Positions 25,141 to 39,239 are shown, numbered from the whole stretch's first letter. The stretch is DNA of 62,705 nt, filler included, from Globobulimina sp. (GCA_003354225.1; 20 parts of 20 records of this genome joined end to end with filler, not necessarily neighbours in it), one strand, 5' to 3'. Notes: a model not told the origin generated them from the letters alone. Program-made: numbers and translations.

Positions 25141-28100
25141 ATTTGAAAAATAACCCCATTGACAATTTAAACCATTACCGTCCATTTACAATCTATTACT
25201 TATCACAAATATCAATGTTTGATTCCAAATCCATTTCACAAAATGAATTAATTGAATCGCGACAACGCTTCGAACGCAATGAAATCGACAAATTATTAAA
25301 CGAATCCAAGCAAAAAGATGAAGAAATATTATCGCTCAAAAACAACATCAAAAACCTACTCCAATACAAAAACGAATCGCAGCAAAGCATACAAGAACTA
25401 AATCAATATATCGATCAACAAAAACAAAACATCAACGATCTAAACACGCAGATGATGACTCAACAGCAATTAATTCGGAATAAAAATGATTCTTTGCTCA
25501 AAACCAGAAATGAATTGACTGAAATGGAGGAAAAATACCAAGAATTACAGCTATCAATGCATCATATGGACAGTTACCAAAATGAGCAAAAGGACGAAAG
25601 CGAGTCGTTGCCACAAATCGAAATGCCCCAAACCCAGGACTTTGAAGTTAAGAAATTGTATTTGTTGTTAGCGGAAAAATAAAATGTATATTATATTTTT
25701 GCAAAAGGTGAGACTGCCTCAAAAATTAAGCGAAGCGTGCTCAGTGTACATAGACTCTGTGCAGTCTGTAAATGAGTTAATTGCGAGGTACAATGACTTG
25801 CGACAACACCATGAGTCGCATAAGGAAAATATGAGTGTCATTCATGAACAGATTGTGAAATCAAACAAAGCTTTAAATAAATTGAAGCAACGGCACAGTA
25901 TTCGTGTTTCGGTGGAGAATCCCTTTGAAAATGATGAGTATTCGCGTATATTATCAGAGCCACCGTCCTTTAATATGGAATGGAACGTATCGCCCATTTT
26001 AAAGCACAAACAAAAAAAGGAAGACAGCGATCGCGAAGAATACCAACACGAACAGAAACAAATAATAATCTCTGACGACAGCATTCAAGCTAAGATCGAC
26101 GAAGCTCATCGCATTGAATCTGAGATCAATAAAATTGAACACGAGCTACAGTCAAAACGCACTGGCAAGCAAAGGAAAAAAAGCATGCATCACAATCATA
26201 ATGGTTCAATGCAGACAATTAACACATTTCCCTCCGACATTCAAGAAACAGCCCAGGCCCAAAATGAATTGGTTCAGCAGTTTGTAAATTTAATTGAATC
26301 TATGGATAAAATCGAAAATTCGTTTTCTACCAAACAAAAATTGTCCCATTCGCAGGATTTCGATGATTTACGCATAAAATTGGTGAAGTTATATATCAAA
26401 CGGTACCAAAATGAGAAGAATAATGTGCAGGAAAATGTGAACCGCATAGAAAAAGAGAGCAATAATATCGAAAATCAATTAAATGATTATATATCTAATC
26501 GTAATCAATTGTTATTAGATATTCATCGCATTTTAAATCAACTCGACTCAGATTGCATCGATGCGAATAATTATCAATTTCTCCCCAAATCATACACTGA
26601 CAATCTGCCCGAAGCCATACAGGTTAAATACGAAAATCTATTGAAAAATGTCGAAACGCACAAAAATGAGTTAGAAAAAGAGAAGAATGTCGCCGACTTA
26701 TTACGCAATCAAATGCAACAACGAACTGCCATAAAATCTGGCAACAGTTCGAAAAAAGTGCACGATTTAATTGTACGCGCAGAAACTGCAGAAAATAGAG
26801 TGCATCAATTATCATTTATACATAAACCGACCTCTAATCACAAATCATTACAGCATGAATTATCTGAGGCAAATAACAAAATAAAGTCCTTAGAAAAAAT
26901 GATGAAACCAAGCCATGACAAACCGTTACAGTATGAACTATCTGAGGCAAATAACAAAATAAAATCTTTAGAAAAGATGCTAAAATCGCACGAAACTGAA
27001 TTGGTCGACACATTAACCCAAAAATTGGAGCAATCTGAAATTGAATGTGGCCGCTTACGGAGGGAAACTGAGGAAAAGTTATCCTTTGCTAAATACTTAA
27101 TGACCACTAAGGAGCAACGATTGGAGGCTGAAAAAACCATAAATGTCACTTTGCAGCGCGAGATTAATGAGATGAAGGAGCAAAGTGAGATATTTTCGTC
27201 GCCCGCGCAATATAACAAATATCATTCCCCGTTGCAACAGCACGCGATGCAGAGCTATACGGAGCCGCTGAGTATGAACCAGTCGATGAATAATAAGCGT
27301 TTGTTTGACAGCCAGCCGATTCAAAATACCTTTTCCAAGAATTTACTCATCAATGACCATGATGTGGACCATGAGGAGAATGCCTCTGAACACGACGCTG
27401 TGCGCTTAAACATCGACGATGATGATTTGCTATCTGATGACTGCGGATCTGCGACGCAGAGCATTGTGCAGCTCTCGTTGCGGTTATCCAATCTAAGGAC
27501 AAAGGTACAGTCTGAAGAGGAGAACATTTCTTTATTAGAATCCAAGAAAGTGGATTTAACGCAGGAATGTACGCAATGTTTGGAGACATTGAATGAAATC
27601 CAGGCTGATATCGCACAGTGCAAAGATAAAAAAACAGAAATTAGCAATAAGTTGGATGAGATTGAGATTGAGCATAAAGAGAATAAACGCAAACAACAAC
27701 AACATGAGGAGTCGCAATCCATTGTACAGGAATTAAGGAAGAAAAGCCAAGAATATGGGAACAGGATTCAAGAGCTGGAGCATAATACCAATGAGATATT
27801 GACACAGAAAGACAATGCACAAAAGGAACTGGAGCAGATATTGAAAGATATTGAGGATAAACAGCAGGAATACAATCAGATTGCAAAGCGAATTGAAATT
27901 AAAAACTTTGAGTTATCTAATTTGGAGACAAAGGAGGATGAGAATGAAATTGACAGCGTCGACGACGACATTGATGATGAAGAAGATGCAAAGGAAAGCA
28001 TGTTGGGACAAATTCCGACCAAAAGATTTGAAGATGATTTGCAAAACTTAGCCGGCTCGAAAACGGAACTTAACAATGTCTGCAATGAATTAGCTTCGTC

Positions 28101-28181
28101 GTTGAGGCAATTGAATGCCATCAAGACCGAGCTGCGTAATCATAAGAATTACCACAAAATAATCCGTTTGGATGCGATTGA
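25141..28181 (+). CDS. Large coiled-coil protein, 3' partial; intron 25647..25707
   Basis: E/Q/K/N-rich heptads for about 1000 codons. A phase-0 intron (GTTAAG...AAAAG) joins the two ORFs. Confidence 0.75.
26840..26992 (+). repeat. In-frame tandem duplication (78-bp period)
   Basis: LQHELSEANNKIKSLEKM and LQYELSEANNKIKSLEKM, with near-identical DNA. Confidence 0.85.
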
Positions 28182-28281
28182 NNNNNNNNNNNNNNNNNNN
28201 NNNNNNNNNNNNNNNNNNNNNNNNNTTAATTAATTAANNNNNNNNNNNNNNNNNNNNNNNNNNNNNNNNNNNNNNNNNNNN

Positions 28282-29529
28282 CAAGATAATTGAGTATAAA
28301 ATGATCGATTTTTAGACCATTTAAATACAGATTTTGAATCTCTTTGCTTTATAACTACGTCCAACCTCACTTTTAACCATAACTTCAATTCATTTCTATA
28401 TTCCATCTCTTTTTCTTTACTCATAACATCTTTTAACCATTTATGCGATAATAATTCATCGAACTTTGCCCGTTTTGTTTTGTCTCTTACCATGCAAACT
28501 GAAATAAAATCTTTAAACTCTTTCGAACATTGTTTAGCACCAAATATTATGTCCTCCGGATCCATTTTATATTCATCTTTGAATAACAACATCATTGCTT
28601 GCATAGGTTTTAGCTGATAATTTGGAGGCTGACCAGTTGCTAATTCCGTTGCTAATACACCCAATGACCAAATATCTGATTCCATTGAAATATTACCGTT
28701 AATTGCTTCAGGTTGCATGTAATATGCATCTATTTTATAGTTATCATAGTTTCTATTGTTTTGATGATAGTTTTCAATGTTTACTACCGATAATTTCACA
28801 TTATCCAATTCATAATGCCCGATAACATACAGTGCCTTTTTATGGTATATAACTCCGTCAAAATCCGACGTTTTTTTTTATGAAAGAAAATGATACCTTT
28901 AATTTTCCAAAATATATATCATTTGAATGTAAGTGTTGTAATGAATGAATAATGTCATAAATGATGATTTTAATCTGATTTTCGGTTAACTTGTTTCCAA
29001 TGTTACAATGCATCAAATCATAAAAATTATTCATTGGATGACATTTATAATCCATCATATAATAAATGTGATTGCTTGCTTTTGATATGTTGTCATAAAA
29101 TATGCCGTCAATATTCACACAAAATATGGATGGATTTATATATCGTTTCCATATTATTTGATCAAAATATTCATTTACAATATCTTTATTAACAAATTTG
29201 TCATAATAATAATATTTTAAATCAATAGCATGCAATGAATATAATTTTGATGAAAATAAATCTAACGTTTTATATAGTTTTGTTAATTCCGGTGATGTAT
29301 CACAATATTTGTTTTGCATTGTAATGCTTGAAGATGTTAATTGAATGCCAATAAATGTAAAATGCTCTTCAATTTTAATGGTAATATTTTCATATACTAC
29401 CACAAGTTCAATGATCACTGTCGGTATTTCAAAATCTTTAAACATTGTTGATTGTTGACATAAACGAATGTATCCATTTACAAGCAATTCTGATTGCTGG
29501 CTGCCTCTACAGAACTTATCAACACTCAT
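28282..29529 (-). CDS. STE20-like pseudokinase, 3' partial; join(29529..28897,28835..<28282)
   Basis: The C-lobe is intact (YYMQPEAI, SDIWSLGVLATELATGQPP, ELLSHKWL), but HRD reads FGK and DFG is missing. Phase-0 intron at 28836-28896. Confidence 0.75.
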
Positions 29530-30307
29530 TCTGTCAACACTGGCAGTGTGAAAACTTTTATTAAATAAAAAACTTCAAAAACACCATTTTGTGGAGGTGC
29601 CATTACTCGACATAGCAAAGTCAACAACACGTAAAGATGGTAAGTTTACAATATGTGATAGTCACTCATGTCTAAATGGAAAATAATGCCCAAATAATAA
29701 AAAAAATATAAATAATAATAGCCATCACATAAGAAATTAAAAACAAAGCTCAAATTAGCGAAAAGGAGAAGGCAAAACCGTCCAATCCCACAATGGATTC
29801 GATTAAGATTCGGTAACACTGTCAGGTGTGATATTTATTGCAATGTTTATGATTCCTATTATTTGTAACATCATCAAAAAAACAAATATGTTTAATGTAT
29901 AGATACAATGCAAAGAGGAGACATTGGAGAAGAACAAAATTAAAGTTATAAATTGCAAATTACATTATCTATCATATTGGACACTCATTGTATTTATCCA
30001 ACAAAATTGACAAAATCATGTATTTTCTTTATAATTATCAACTCAAAAGCAATCAAACATAGTTGTTAATTGTTAAACTTTATATTCATTGATGTTTTAA
30101 ATTAATTTCAAAATGCGTACTAAAATTAAAATCTATCCTTGCACTCAATGCAAATCAAGTTCTGATTAAAACACGAATGCGCTGTCTCTGAGTTAGTGTA
30201 TTCCTTCGAACAGATTCCGTATTTAAGCTGGATTTAATCTAAAATTTTAAAAATTGTTTTTTTTAAAATATATCCACGCGAAAAAACAAACGTACTGTTC
30301 TGACAAA

Positions 30308-31321
30308 TCACTTATATATATCGTCAATATCATCATTTTTATCCTTATCCTTTTCCTTATCCTTATCCTCTTTACTCGTCATATCAGTATCTCCATCATC
30401 ATCTATTTTATCTGCTTTCGCCTTATCCTTCTCTTGCTTTTCCTGTTCTTTTTGTTCCGCATCACTTTTCCCAGACGCCTCATTTGGTTGAATCGCATTG
30501 ACAAAGGCAGTCACTCCCATTGCATTTTGATTCGCCGCTTGTACGCCCATTTGCGACAACAACGTCGGCATTTGCGGTCCGTTGATGGCAGACTGCAATC
30601 TCCGCAATGAACCCTGGAATTGAGGCGATTGTAACTGTTCAATGATATCAGTCCTCGACCGCATAGAGGCAGGCAAATGTTGCGCTAGCTCTTGCACCGT
30701 CTTCTCATCATCCAACAACGCAATGATCTCTTCATTGGCATTGGGATCCAAAATATCCTCCAAATCCGGCTCACGTTTCATCTCTTCCATAGCGGCCCGT
30801 TGCTGTTCTCTCATCATATCTCGCATTTGCTCCATCAAATCGTTGCCTTGTCCTCCGGCGCCGGTCCCACTGCCACTGCCTCCATTGGCTGCTGCGTCCC
30901 CGGTGGCCGCTGCATTATTTGCGCCGGTTCCGCCCCTTTGTAGCGTATCTATTATCATTTGGGTCAACGCATCCTGGCCACCACCACCTGCTCCAAAGGC
31001 CGCCTGTGTGCAGAATGTATTTCATTTCGTAGGAGTGCAAGGAGATAAATTGAGATTATATACGTATGGGTTTGCAACTGCTGGGTTTGCAGTGGATGGT
31101 GGGTTGCTCGCTGTGGTTGCGGTTGTGGATGGTTTGGCGTCGGATATGGACTCACCGTTACATAATTTATTAATGTTTTTGAAATATTCGTCGTCTTTGT
31201 CGTCTTTGGGCTCTTGCATCCAAAAGAAGTGCTTTCTGCGCGATCCGATCATACGTAATACGAATACACGGCCATCCGTGCATTCATTCACTTTCTCCCA
31301 GACGGCAGATTGAGGGAAGAC
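30308..31321 (-). CDS. RPN13: Proteasomal ubiquitin receptor RPN13/ADRM1, 5' partial; join(>31321..31064,31003..30308)
   Basis: End of the Pru domain (CTDGRVFVLR...HFFWMQE...DDEY) and a C-terminal DEUBAD-like region (LAQHLP...LQSPQFQGSLRRLQSAI). Phase-0 intron at 31004-31063. Confidence 0.92.
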
Positions 31322-31421
31322 NNNNNNNNNNNNNNNNNNNNNNNNNNNNNNNNNNNNNNNNNNNNTTAATTAATTAANNNNNNNNNNNNNNNNNNNNNNN
31401 NNNNNNNNNNNNNNNNNNNNN

Positions 31422-31775
31422 ATTTGCAAGAACTTCTACGGCAAAATGAGCAAAATCAGAAAGAACATCGGCGACTTAGAAGAGACAGAAGAAGACATTC
31501 ATCACTTAGCGGTGGCTCAATACAAGAAACGTAACTGGTCGTTAGGGTGCATATTATTTTTGCGTTTACTGGGCATCAATCCAGAACACAACCTAGCCTC
31601 GGTTCAATCAGATTTGTTCAGATTTGAAATTCAATCAGATTCATTCATTAGCTGTTACATTAATTTATTTACACAACATAGAAAGAAACACATAGTTAAG
31701 ATATCTGAGTTATCGACAGATTTCAAACAGCGAGATGCTTCAAGCAGTGGCATCTTTAAAAAGTTTTTTGCATGA
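31422..31775 (+). CDS. Hypothetical protein, C-terminal fragment
   Basis: 109-aa ORF at a contig start with no recognised domain. Confidence 0.35.
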   Translation: MCKNFYGKMSKIRKNIGDLEETEEDIHHLAVAQYKKRNWSLGCILFLRLLGINPEHNLASVQSDLFRFEIQSDSFISCYINLFTQHRKKHIVKISELSTDFKQRDASSSGIFKKFFA

Positions 31776-32712
31776 TTTTTCATGATTTTTAACATTTTAT
31801 AATTATAAATAAAAAAGGGTACATCGTTTCGAAATCCATAATATTAAAAAATATCAATATTAACAATTTAATGCTTTTGAAATTTAAGTAATTTTTTTGG
31901 TTGCTTGGTACACCATAATATTGGCTTTGTAATCACAGCAACAGATTGGGGAGCGAGTCAAATAGAATATACTGCACAAACATCACCAAATACCATGCAA
32001 CAGTTAATTCGGTTTCGGTTGCTCGTGGATTCATTATTACAAAATGAGTTTGATTCATTTGTCCAGGTCAGATTCAAATAATCTCAACAATAATCACTCT
32101 ATCTTCAGTAATTTGGAAAGCTCTAATCGAGCTAGTTGATATGGTATTGAATGTATGGAAATCCCCTGTATCATAATGGACAAAGACATGGAAGTACATA
32201 CAAAAAATCTAATTCCGCGAATATTTATTGAATTGATCTCGTTCGTACGTGATTGGACTGAGAATTTAATTCTTAATCATATACTAGTAACTAAATTAGC
32301 AGAAGGACATTTTCGTTGAAGATAGTCACCTCAATTGTATGCACATTCGTTTATCTGTCCATTAGAATACAGTTGATTTCCACATATTCAATACCATATG
32401 AACTAGCTCAAACATTAGAGTGTATTCAGAGTGTGCAAGGGAAAAATCAATGTTTTATTGATATGCAATGGGATATTATCCATACACAAATGTCACACAT
32501 TATTATATTGGCCCTATTCCATATTCAAAATAGTTAGGAAATAGTGTTACAGCACTAGTAGATAGGATGATTAAAATAAAAAATATGGGAAGGCAATCAT
32601 CTGTACACCTTCCAAATACAATACAAATCTAAAAAACAAAAAAACAAATAAGTTGGGAAAATATAGAAAAACCAACGAGAAATTATTGTATTATTTGTGA
32701 TAATTTGAATTT

Positions 32713-34110
32713 TTAAGTTTCTTTTTTGTTTGAAACAGTTGTTATAAATGTTTGTATTGCAGCATAATTTGGTCTGATATATTTATATCGGAATTTTGTG
32801 CATGGATCTTGCACCAAATAATGCAAAACGACTGAAACAACCAATGTTAAACAAAATATTTTAAAGCCTGTTGAAAATATATAAACGAAACCATAATTTT
32901 CGCAGCCAATACCACCATTTTCTGTGTCTGCTATCCACGGCTCATAGTACCACGTCAATAGACCCACAGCATACACATGATATAAATATATGGCATATGT
33001 ACATTTTGACAACCATTTCCATACTTTATTTGATAAACATTTAAATATCAATTTACTAATTCCATTACGAACATCCATTGTTAATAATACATCCAAAATG
33101 AAGTAAATGCCAACTGCAAATATTTTGCTTTGTACTGCAATCCAGAATGGAGTGATAAAATTATGCGATGCTACAAATGCTAAACAAGCAAATGAGAATA
33201 GCACTTTAATGATGACATATTTTAATGTTTGAACATCTCTTTTTAATACATTGAGAGCCAAAATGCTTCCAACAAACATTGATTCATGTTTAGTAATCGA
33301 AGCGAAGTACAAATGTTTCAAAAAATTCATGAACTGCAATTTCATGTTTACATATTTTATATCATCATAATCTGCCAAAGGATAAAATGTCCTAGATTTT
33401 AAATCGTGCTCTTGGGAAAATATTTCTACTGTTCTTGTTTCTATGCCATGCATCGCCACATATCCTACTGGACCATGTATATCATAATAATATGCAGTGT
33501 TAATGCAATTAATTGTAATTAATCCCACTATGAATATCATTATATTTCTTAATCTCCTGTTTTGTTGATTGGGTGATGCAAATAACACAAACAATAAAAT
33601 AATGAATAAATATCCATGAATGTCCACATTGACACTCCAACCGATACTCGAACATTTCGTAAGTCCACCAAGATCCACAGAATAATCCATAAAAAATACA
33701 GCATTTAACACATCATTGATTGTGTCGCATTCAACGAAGTCCGGAACAAAATATGACAAACAAATAACAATTAAATAGAAAGGATATATTCGTAATAAAC
33801 GGTTAATAATAAAATAAAATATTTGTTTGAAGTTATAATGTGATGCAAAAAATCTTTGTAGATTGTATTGACACAAAAAACCAGATAAAATCCAGAATAC
33901 TTCAATTGCAGCCGGTGAATTAACCATTATTCCGAGTATGGGGAAATTTCGTACGTAGTTTAAACACGAGGAATTTAGAGGAAATGCTTTGTTTCCAACT
34001 ACCGCCTGAAGATGATATAATAATATCCAGAAACAGCATACACATCGAATGCCATTAAATATGGATAGATTTAATTGTTTCATCGTTCTTTGTTTAAACT
34101 TATTTTTCAA
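32713..34110 (-). CDS. Acyltransferase family 3 (OafA/NRF-6-like) membrane O-acyltransferase
   Basis: FNGIRCVCCFWILLYH, EVFWILSGFL, RLLRIYPFY, IGWSVNVDIHGY, WLSKCTYAIYLYH and HYLVQDP. The start codon is uncertain (ATG at 34083). Confidence 0.88.
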   Translation of the reverse strand: MKNKFKQRTMKQLNLSIFNGIRCVCCFWILLYHLQAVVGNKAFPLNSSCLNYVRNFPILGIMVNSPAAIEVFWILSGFLCQYNLQRFFASHYNFKQIFYFIINRLLRIYPFYLIVICLSYFVPDFVECDTINDVLNAVFFMDYSVDLGGLTKCSSIGWSVNVDIHGYLFIILLFVLFASPNQQNRRLRNIMIFIVGLITINCINTAYYYDIHGPVGYVAMHGIETRTVEIFSQEHDLKSRTFYPLADYDDIKYVNMKLQFMNFLKHLYFASITKHESMFVGSILALNVLKRDVQTLKYVIIKVLFSFACLAFVASHNFITPFWIAVQSKIFAVGIYFILDVLLTMDVRNGISKLIFKCLSNKVWKWLSKCTYAIYLYHVYAVGLLTWYYEPWIADTENGGIGCENYGFVYIFSTGFKIFCLTLVVSVVLHYLVQDPCTKFRYKYIRPNYAAIQTFITTVSNKKET

Positions 34111-34826
34111 TGAAGCTAAAGAAAAGGTAATAAGATAATAAATTTATATAATAATAGAATATATAAATAGCACACAACTATAAATATGAATTATGAATTA
34201 GTTGTTTACTAATTCCGTCTATTCACAACTATAAACACGTTACGTGACTATAAACTTTCAGTTTGTTTTCATGTTTTTCGTGTAATGTTGCTAGTAGAAA
34301 TTCAGTAGAAAGAAGAGTGCAACAAATTAGTAGCTTATTATTTCCTTTTTTTGATTGGATGTAACATTTAAAACTCTTAAATAAGGTTTGTTGCAAAAAA
34401 GTGGACAAATGTCATGCAACAATTTAATTCATGTAAAATTCTAAAAATATTGCTGTGCTTNNNNNNNNNNNNNNNNNNNNNNNNNNNNNNNNNNNNNNNN
34501 NNNNTTAATTAATTAANNNNNNNNNNNNNNNNNNNNNNNNNNNNNNNNNNNNNNNNNNNNTATTCACCAAAATAATAATTTGAACAGTTATTTCGGAAAT
34601 AATTATTTTGACGGAATTACTATTTTTGACAAAAATCCAAAAAAATGCAATAAAACGCTGCAACGGTGAAATTAAAAGTTTTAACGGTTTGAAAAAAAAC
34701 ACATTTAAAAAAACCAAACCCTTTCGAAAATAGTAATACTAACTAACACCATCCTTGCACTGCTGAAGTGAGTGGAGTCTGAATTATCTGAAAATAAATA
34801 CAGGGAACGTAATGCTAATTGTATAT

Positions 34827-37599
34827 TTACACTAAATACTCATCATCCACAGACACATTTGGCAAGCAATCAAAGTATTTTTGAGTAATAACATTTGATT
34901 CCGTATCATAGACATCAATCAAATGTATTTTTGCAGTTAAAGTAAGTTTATCCAATTTTTGAATTTCCTTCAAAGAACATCTCGCAGTCTCCCATCCTTG
35001 CGATAAATGATTATGCCGAAAATGTGAACAATGAGTCCATCGAGTTTTTGTTTCCATAATTTGTAATTCAAAGTATATTGATATACCACCAATATTCGCT
35101 GGTAAACATAACAAATTTATACATAAAATTGTTTCTTTTTTGAATTTTTTCGTTGACCCATTTGGAAAAAATTGTAATCTCCATTCAAATTCATCGAATT
35201 TACCAAAAGTTTCACTATAAAAACATATCCCATTTGCAGCATTTTTCATATTTTGCAACAATATCTCATCATTTATCACATCAATATTCCATTTATATTC
35301 ATCCATTATCATGGATTGCAAAGGCGATGGTATTAATTTCTCATATTCATTGCGAGCAATTACATCGCCATCAACTGTAAATATATCAATAATTGCCATT
35401 TCTAATTTGAATATCAATTGTTTTACATCTTTAATCTGATGCTTTTTTAATATATTATTGCCCCATCCCCAGGAACAACTGCCAACGCGCAATTCCTTGG
35501 AATCTAAATCATTAACATTTGACTCCAGCTCTCTTCCTTGTAATTTCAGTTCAAAATTATAGTAAAATGCTACTTTTGCTATGTTTGGGGGAATCGATGC
35601 AATATAAATGTACCAATTAAACGAGCCACATCTTTTTGGATTCGATCCATTTGGACATATTTGCATCATAAACTTCAGCGATTCCATACAAAACAATTTG
35701 CTTCGATAAATTTCACCATTTCCCGCATTCTTCAACCTTTCCACCATGTTTCTCTCCGATATATTCCAAATATATTCATGTTTACAAATGTCTATTTCTT
35801 TCACTTTACCTTTATTTACATAGAAAGACGTAATATTTTCGCTTTCTTGGTCATAAACATCAATTAAATTAATCCGCGTTTCAAATGTTAACTCATTTAA
35901 CTTCTGAATGTCACTCAATTGTGGTTTCTTAATATTTGACAAACCGATGGTTGTGTCGTCCTGCGTAAATTGCTCAAAATGCGAATGAATAATCTGTAAT
36001 TGCGGAATAATTAACTCGTACTGAAAGGATATGCGTTTAATATTCGATGGTAATACTAAAGCGACATATAACTGACACCGTTGCTCCTTCTTTTCCTCCT
36101 CTTCGTCGCTGCCATCGCTCGGATATTTATCCAAATTAAAAAACTGCAGATACCATTTTAGACCATACATTTGAAAGTACGAACTCATGAAACATTTTCG
36201 AACATTTCCATTTTTCATTTGCCGCAAAGTGTCATCATTGATGTTCCACACATATCTCCGCGACGGCAATGCAATTGCTTTTCCTTCATTTTTTTCATCG
36301 CAGTCCCTAACATATTTGCTTGTGACTGCGTGGCCATCGATGTCGAACACATCAATTATGTTAATATCAATGCCGAAGGTTAACTCATTCATATTTTCCA
36401 AATCCTTTTGTTTGAGCGCATTCGAAGGCCATCCAGTCAAGAAATTGTCCATTGAAAATTGTTCAGAATATGTGAAATTGGTCGCATTTTCCTTCAAAGT
36501 CATGCTGTAATTCATAGCAATGTAGGAGATATTGGGTGGTATCGACACTAAATATAAAAATAAATCCGCACTGGCATTACTTTCGTCGTTATATCCGCCT
36601 GGAAATAACTGCATAAACCATGAAAACTGATGCATTGAGAAACAGTCACTGTTGAAATGTACGCCATGTTTAGCTATTTTCATCTCATTCAATCTCTCAT
36701 CATTGTCAACTGCACTTATTTTCCATTCATATCTGCTGCATTTTGTAGTCATGTCTGCATTTTGTAATTGTTTGTAATTCAATACACTTTCACCATCGAT
36801 GTCAAATATATCCATTACACTTATTTCTATTTTAATACGTAACTTATTGTATTTCGTCATATGTTCATTGGTCAGAAACGTTTGCGGCCAAAAATGTAAT
36901 GATTTGGAGCCAAATGCTATGGAGCCATCATTTTGTGTGCCGGTTTCATGCAAAATGAGCCTATAATATAAGCACAACCTTTCTATTGCGGGACTCAATG
37001 AAAGTAGACATAGACATAAATCATATTCGCCATCATTGGTTTTGTAGATTTTGAATATAAATTTAAACACATTAATTAAAAACATTTCACTTTCATAGTA
37101 TTTGCCATTCGCAATGCAGCCATTTATTGTATCAAGAAACCAGATAAAAGCTTGAGAGCATAAACCTAAATCTGTGCTAATTTGAGTTGGATGATATTCA
37201 ATGTCGGCACCGGCATCGTTGTCTTTGTTATCTTCAATTTCGTTATAAATCGCCACTGTTTTTATTTTGAGCGTGAATGTGAATGTATTTGTATCAATAT
37301 CTATGATATCGTCGCGTGGTATTCTCGATATACACGAACTAATATCGTTATCATTGAAGGAAGCCTCAGAAAATGTAGTATCTGAATCTTGTTTCATTTC
37401 GTTGAATATTAAGCAATATTTAACAGTCAATCGAGGAATTATTGGTGATAAACTGGCGAGATTTAAAAATATATCCATGTTTCCTTTGGCTTCCATTGCA
37501 TAGCCATTGGGGTATAAATCCATGAAAAATTTAAATTTGCCAATACTGAAGAATTTGCTCTTAAATCCTTGTCCGTTTTTAGCGTTTTTAATGTCGGAA
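34827..37599 (-). CDS. Tandem MATH/TRAF-like domain protein (about six repeats), 5' partial
   Basis: Repeated units of the form Y.W.I...K.A..G..F.S..F...W.L..FPNG...L.S.P.NI....Y.L...GW...L.F...I.D.D. The frame is open to the contig end. Confidence 0.8.
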
Positions 37600-37983
37600 N
37601 NNNNNNNNNNNNNNNNNNNNNNNNNNNNNNNNNNNNNNNNNNNTTAATTAATTAANNNNNNNNNNNNNNNNNNNNNNNNNNNNNNNNNNNNNNNNNNNNA
37701 TTTTGATTTTAATCCTTTGCTGTATTTCCCTGTTTGTTTACCGTCACTTAATATATCAATACCACAACGAACACAAAATCAATGGGATTGTAAACATCCC
37801 AAACAAATTGAATAATATACTATTATTGCTTTCGTCAGTTCACCGTTTCCCATCTTCTGCGTTTGAGACAGATATAGCGCAGAGCACATTGCTTCGCTCA
37901 ACAAAAAATACAAAAAAAGTGGGACCAGAAGAACTCCGTACGAAAATCTAACGTTTCTTGAGCTATTTTAAAAGGAGAATGCG

Positions 37984-39239
37984 TTATTTTTTCGAGGGAA
38001 TAAGTTGATTACTATCAGTTTGTAATTTGTTCCATTCATCGATTTCAGTTTGTAATATTGTCGCATGTTCCATTAATGGAGCAATTGATTGTTGAATAGT
38101 AACATCCGGAAGGCCCATAGCTTCGAATCTTTTTTTTATATTTTCCACTTCTTCCAAACATTTACTTTTTTTAAGCGTCAACGCATCAATTTCTTGCTGT
38201 GTTCCCTTTTCAATTTGTTTCCAAACTCCATTAAATATTGAATTTAAAACATTCGCAAACTGATTTGAAATATCATTATAAACATTATTCCAGCCTTGAA
38301 ACTGCGCTCTATTATTTTGCAATATCCTCATATGTTTGCTGCCAAATGTTGCTTGCATTTGTTGTAACACTTCAAAGTTACTGTGACTAAGCACCTATTT
38401 GTTTGGTTACACAACTTAGCACTTTAATAGGCACAGTATACACAACATACATTCAATAAACGCATTGGAACTCTTAGCTTCCGTTTTTCATAATTATTTT
38501 GCGTTAACCTCAAAGCATTATTCATCAGCTGTTTGGCATCAGACTGCGCACCATTTGCGCCAAAAGAACAGGTAATTTCAGTGATCAGTCCTGGCTTATT
38601 ATGATTAATGGCAACCAAAACGTTTCCGTCATTCCAATCCGCAATTCTGTCAATATTATTATTCTGCTGTTCTGTTGCTGCAATTTGGCCCATTGAGCGA
38701 CGTTTCTCTGAGCCTAAAGTGATAGCTTTCACATTGTGCATAAGTGGGTGATTGGGTTTGTATATACGCGACAAAGTACCATCAACACTTTCGCACTGTA
38801 CCCGTGTGGTTGCATTGTATTGTTCCTTCATGAACCTTCCTTGTGGGTGTTTGTAATTTAATGCGTTTGAAAATAATACTATGACAACGTTGGTGCCTTT
38901 GTCCACTGCGTCTGCTACTAATTCACCAAGCGTTTCTTCATTGATTTTGCTCCAAACTGACAATAATATGGTGTCACAATGTTCAAATACAGCGTCTGAC
39001 AGATTGCTGCGATCTTTTAATGTCTGCAGTGTATATTCGTTGTTGGTCAGTTGTAAGGATTGGTTTAGAAATTCCTCTGTTGGACTGTAGCAATCGTGAT
39101 TACTGATGTGTACGATTTTGAATTGTGTTTGTCTTAAACTGTACGCCACTGGAATATGCATTGAAATATACTCATTGTTTGCGTCATTATTTTTGAGATC
39201 ATCTTTGTCATCATCCAGGTCAGCTTTTTCATCAGCCAT
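37984..39239 (-). CDS. Hypothetical protein: alpha/beta (possibly class I glutamine amidotransferase-like) domain plus coiled-coil tail; join(39239..38451,38394..37984)
   Basis: LGELVADAVDKGTNVV, HPLMHNV, IADWNDGNVLVA and DAKQLMNNAL. Phase-0 intron at 38395-38450. The fold call is inference. Confidence 0.65.

Noticed and set aside
31900-32540. Coding-like but stop-riddled stretch, possibly a pseudogene or transposon relic
   Set aside because: No recognisable motif in any frame, so a call cannot be supported.
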